Source: Candidatus Caldarchaeales archaeon (GTDB lineage: Archaea; Thermoproteota; Nitrososphaeria_A; Caldarchaeales; Wolframiiraptoraceae). From it: 41,654 bases of DNA. Below, one piece after another: positions 38,802 to 41,654 of this stretch (position 1 is its first letter; every line of letters begins with the position of its first letter). The notes under the pieces were generated by a model. The model was not told the origin of the DNA, made no database searches, and was given only the letters and a program-made list of their open reading frames with translations. The DNA lies in the NCBI GenBank assembly GCA_039630055.1, contig JBCNVN010000010.1:1-41654 (forward strand). Direction: 5' to 3'. A program made the position numbers and the translations under genes.

Positions 38802-39902
38802 ATGTTGGAGATCAATAGTCTCGAGCAGATCAGAGATTTTGTTAGAGGTGCAACCATTCTTGGAACAGGTGGTGGAGGAAGCCCAGAAGAAGGATTAAAA
38901 ATATTGGAGAAAGTGTTTCTAGAGGGAAAAAAGATACAGCTGGTTGATTTAAGCGAGATGGATAGAGGTTCTATGATGGTTGTCCCATACTATGTTGGGA
39001 CTATAGCTCCTGAAGCTAGAGCCAGGAAGCCTGTCAAGTTCGAGGAGCCTATAAAAATAGCTTTTAAAGAGATGGAACGTATACTCGGCGTCGAGATCTC
39101 TGCTGTATTAGCTTCAGAACTAGGTGGATTCAATGCATCTCTAGCTCTATATATGGGTGCCTACCTAGATCTACCAGTAGTAGATGGAGACCTGCTAGGT
39201 AGAGCTGCACCAGAGCTACATCAGTGTACCGTACACATCTTTGGGATACCTATGTATCCCTCGGTGATCATCTCTGAGACAGGCAACAAGATCATAGTAT
39301 ATGAATATAGTGATATAGATGATTATGAAGCTATTGCAAGATACTTATCCATACTATCAGGTAGATTCGTTGCAGTAGTTGATACACCTCTAAAGATGGA
39401 GGATGCAGAGAAGGCTGTAATAAAAGGTTCTATGAGTCTATGTTTAAAGATTGGGGAAGCTGTTAGACATGCTAAAAATAAAGGTTTGGACCCTGTCGAA
39501 GAAGTGAGGAAGATAATAGGTGGATGGAGGATCTTTGAAGGAATTGTTAAACAGTATAAGTATAGGAATAAGGGAGGATTCTTGAAGGGAGAGGCATTAG
39601 TTGAGGGTATCGGTAGATGGAGGGATAAGAAGTTGAAGACATGGATAATGAATGAACATTTAATGGCATGGATAGATGGTAAAACTGTAACAATGGCCCC
39701 AGACCTGATAATGTTCTTAAATGATGAAGGTGAAGGAATAACGAACGCTGTTTTAGAGGAGGGAATGAAGGTGAACGTGCTTGTTTCAAGAGCATCCAAG
39801 GTTTGGAGAACAGAGAATGGGTTAAAATTCTTTGGTCCAAGAAGATTTGGATTCGACTATGACTATATTCCAGTTGAGAATCTTGTGGAGGAGATATTAT
39901 GA
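38802..39902 (+). CDS. DUF917 family protein
   Basis: GATILGTGGGG, ELGGFN, VDGDLLGRAAPEL, NE and PDLI signature. Confidence 0.88.
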   Translation: MLEINSLEQIRDFVRGATILGTGGGGSPEEGLKILEKVFLEGKKIQLVDLSEMDRGSMMVVPYYVGTIAPEARARKPVKFEEPIKIAFKEMERILGVEISAVLASELGGFNASLALYMGAYLDLPVVDGDLLGRAAPELHQCTVHIFGIPMYPSVIISETGNKIIVYEYSDIDDYEAIARYLSILSGRFVAVVDTPLKMEDAEKAVIKGSMSLCLKIGEAVRHAKNKGLDPVEEVRKIIGGWRIFEGIVKQYKYRNKGGFLKGEALVEGIGRWRDKKLKTWIMNEHLMAWIDGKTVTMAPDLIMFLNDEGEGITNAVLEEGMKVNVLVSRASKVWRTENGLKFFGPRRFGFDYDYIPVENLVEEIL

Positions 39903-40558
39903 AGATTCTAGTGATCAATCCGATCGGAGATGATAGTTGGGATGAGATCGATAGGCGATTCTACCAGAGTGTAGCCTCCCCAACAACAGAGATCGATGTG
40001 AAAAGTCTAGGTAGCGGGCCACCGAGCGTTGAGACAACAAAAGACTATGAGATAGTTGAACCATTGGTTAGAGAATTAGCATTAAAATTTTACAGAGACT
40101 ATGATGGGATAATAGTTAACTGCTTTCTAGACCCTGCAGTCGATGAGTTGAAGAATGTTCTCAATATACCAGTAGTAGGACCTGGAGAATCTTCTCTAGC
40201 TCTTGGAAGTATCTTTAGCAAGAAGCTCAGCATAATAAGTATAAGAGGTGAGGCATTAGAACTGATAAAGAATAGATGTATCTCTCTTGGATATGGTGGA
40301 AGAGTAGTATCGGTTAGAGGTATAGGAGTACATGTCGTCGATTTGAAGGATAACTGGGAGAGGGTAAGAAGAGAATTGATAGAAGAATCTAAGAACTCTA
40401 TAAGAGAGGATGCTGAAGCGATAATTTTGGGGTGTACAGGTTTAGCTGGACTGGCTAAGACTATCTCTGAAGAGATACATATACCTGTAATAGATCCAGC
40501 TGCTGCAGCACTAAAGGTAGCTGAAAGCCTAATCTCTCTAAATTTAAAGAAGAGGTGA
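39899..40558 (+). CDS. Second hydantoin racemase family protein
   Basis: ILVINP, GPPSVE, VNCFLDP, ILGCTG and IPVIDP; ATGA coupling to DUF917. Confidence 0.88.
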   Translation: MKILVINPIGDDSWDEIDRRFYQSVASPTTEIDVKSLGSGPPSVETTKDYEIVEPLVRELALKFYRDYDGIIVNCFLDPAVDELKNVLNIPVVGPGESSLALGSIFSKKLSIISIRGEALELIKNRCISLGYGGRVVSVRGIGVHVVDLKDNWERVRRELIEESKNSIREDAEAIILGCTGLAGLAKTISEEIHIPVIDPAAAALKVAESLISLNLKKR

Positions 40559-40579
40559 TCTAAAATCTGCGCTGAATTC

Positions 40580-41608
40580 ATGTCTATGGAATTAGCTGGC
40601 TCTGCATATAAGCTTGTTAAAGACATCCTTAAGGTTGAAAAAGATGAAGAAGTCGTCATCACGGTCGATAGTATGGGTGATTGGAGGGTTGCCTCAACAA
40701 TAGCTTCGGCAACGTATACTGTAGGTGGAAAGCCTCTAGTAGCATGGTATCCCTCTCCACCAGCTGTCGGTAAGGCTGCAGACCCCTATCTCCCACTTAA
40801 GACATTAACTGAGATAGTGAAGAATTCAGATGTATGGATTGAGCTTAACAAGAGCTGGCTTCTTTACTCAACAGTATATGAAGAGGCTATGAGGCTTGGG
40901 AGGACGAGATACATATGCTTGGTAGGTATGGATGTGGACATGATTGTTAGAACTATAGGTAGGGTAAACATAAAAGTATTATACGAGTTTCAGAGAAAGC
41001 TGGCTGAGATAACAAGCAAAGCTAGAAAGATAAAGATAACATCCCCTAGAGGTATGGATGTAGTATTTGAGAATGATCCTAAGAGGCCTGTTCTAGTTGA
41101 AGGAGAGGTTTCTGGACCAGGAGAGTACATGTTATTTGGTCAAGTCGATTGGGCTCCTATCGAAGAAACAATCAATGGTAGGATAGTATTTGATGGATCT
41201 GTCTGGCCACCCCATGAACTAGGATTACTTAAAGAACCGATACTACTAGAAGTAAAGAATGGTAGAATAATTAAGATAAAAGGTGGTAGAGAAGCGAAGA
41301 TATTTGAGAGGTGGTTGAGAAGCTTTAATGATGAGAAAATGTATTATATGGCCCACTTATCTTATGGATGTAACCCTGGTGCAAAGCTTACTGGAAATAT
41401 TCTTGAAGATGAGAGGGTGTGGGGAGTGGTAGAGTGGGGTATCGGAAGTCAATCATCAACATTTAGAGGAAGACTAGGGTTGGCAAGCTCACATACAGAT
41501 GGAATCTGCCTAAATCCTACGCTAACCGCAGATGAAGAGATAATAATAAAAGATGGAGAATACGTACATTCATCATTAAAAGAATACACAAATCGATTAA
41601 AACTCTAA
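40580..41608 (+). CDS. M29/aminopeptidase-T-fold metallohydrolase (leucyl aminopeptidase-like)
   Basis: ITSPRGMD, NGRIVFDGS, NPGAKLTGNILEDER and SHTDG. Confidence 0.75.
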   Translation: MSMELAGSAYKLVKDILKVEKDEEVVITVDSMGDWRVASTIASATYTVGGKPLVAWYPSPPAVGKAADPYLPLKTLTEIVKNSDVWIELNKSWLLYSTVYEEAMRLGRTRYICLVGMDVDMIVRTIGRVNIKVLYEFQRKLAEITSKARKIKITSPRGMDVVFENDPKRPVLVEGEVSGPGEYMLFGQVDWAPIEETINGRIVFDGSVWPPHELGLLKEPILLEVKNGRIIKIKGGREAKIFERWLRSFNDEKMYYMAHLSYGCNPGAKLTGNILEDERVWGVVEWGIGSQSSTFRGRLGLASSHTDGICLNPTLTADEEIIIKDGEYVHSSLKEYTNRLKL

Positions 41609-41654
41609 TACTTCCAATCGAAAACATCATCTACAAATCATAGATTTATATCCA

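Noticed and set aside
1-41654. tRNA, rRNA, CRISPR array or transposase
   Set aside because: No cloverleaf or T-loop context, rRNA-like tract, regularly spaced repeats or transposase motifs were seen.

Overview
Gene-dense archaeal chromosomal window. Gene content (Topo VI, archaeal TyrS/PheT, class II RNR, eL/uS ribosomal proteins, Cbf5, BRE/TATA promoters) suggests a TACK-type, probably thermophilic, archaeon; the lineage cannot be fixed from sequence alone. The left part (1-20.6 kb) is mostly housekeeping: metallophosphoesterase, top6A, a lone Mrp/Nuo antiporter-like subunit, flippase-like protein, methyltransferase, nrdJ, tyrS, pheT, thioredoxin, prenyl synthase, an ABC permease and ATPase with no binding protein, two moeA paralogues, a THUMP protein and ThiR. 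The middle (20.9-30.8 kb) is a fragmented spc-type ribosomal cluster from uS14 to cbf5, with long spacers, internal promoters, no adk, an inverted cmk and a probable decayed vapC. The right part (31-41.6 kb) is an accessory catabolic island: an M20 hydrolase, an Opp/Dpp ABC importer (one ATPase frameshifted), two hydantoin-racemase-family genes, DUF917 and an M29-fold hydrolase with altered metal ligands. Features missing from the ORF track include a well-formed single-hairpin H/ACA guide RNA between tyrS and pheT, the rps14 gene, a 5'-edge phosphoesterase and a likely CTG start codon. No tRNA, rRNA, CRISPR array, intein or intact mobile element was seen.
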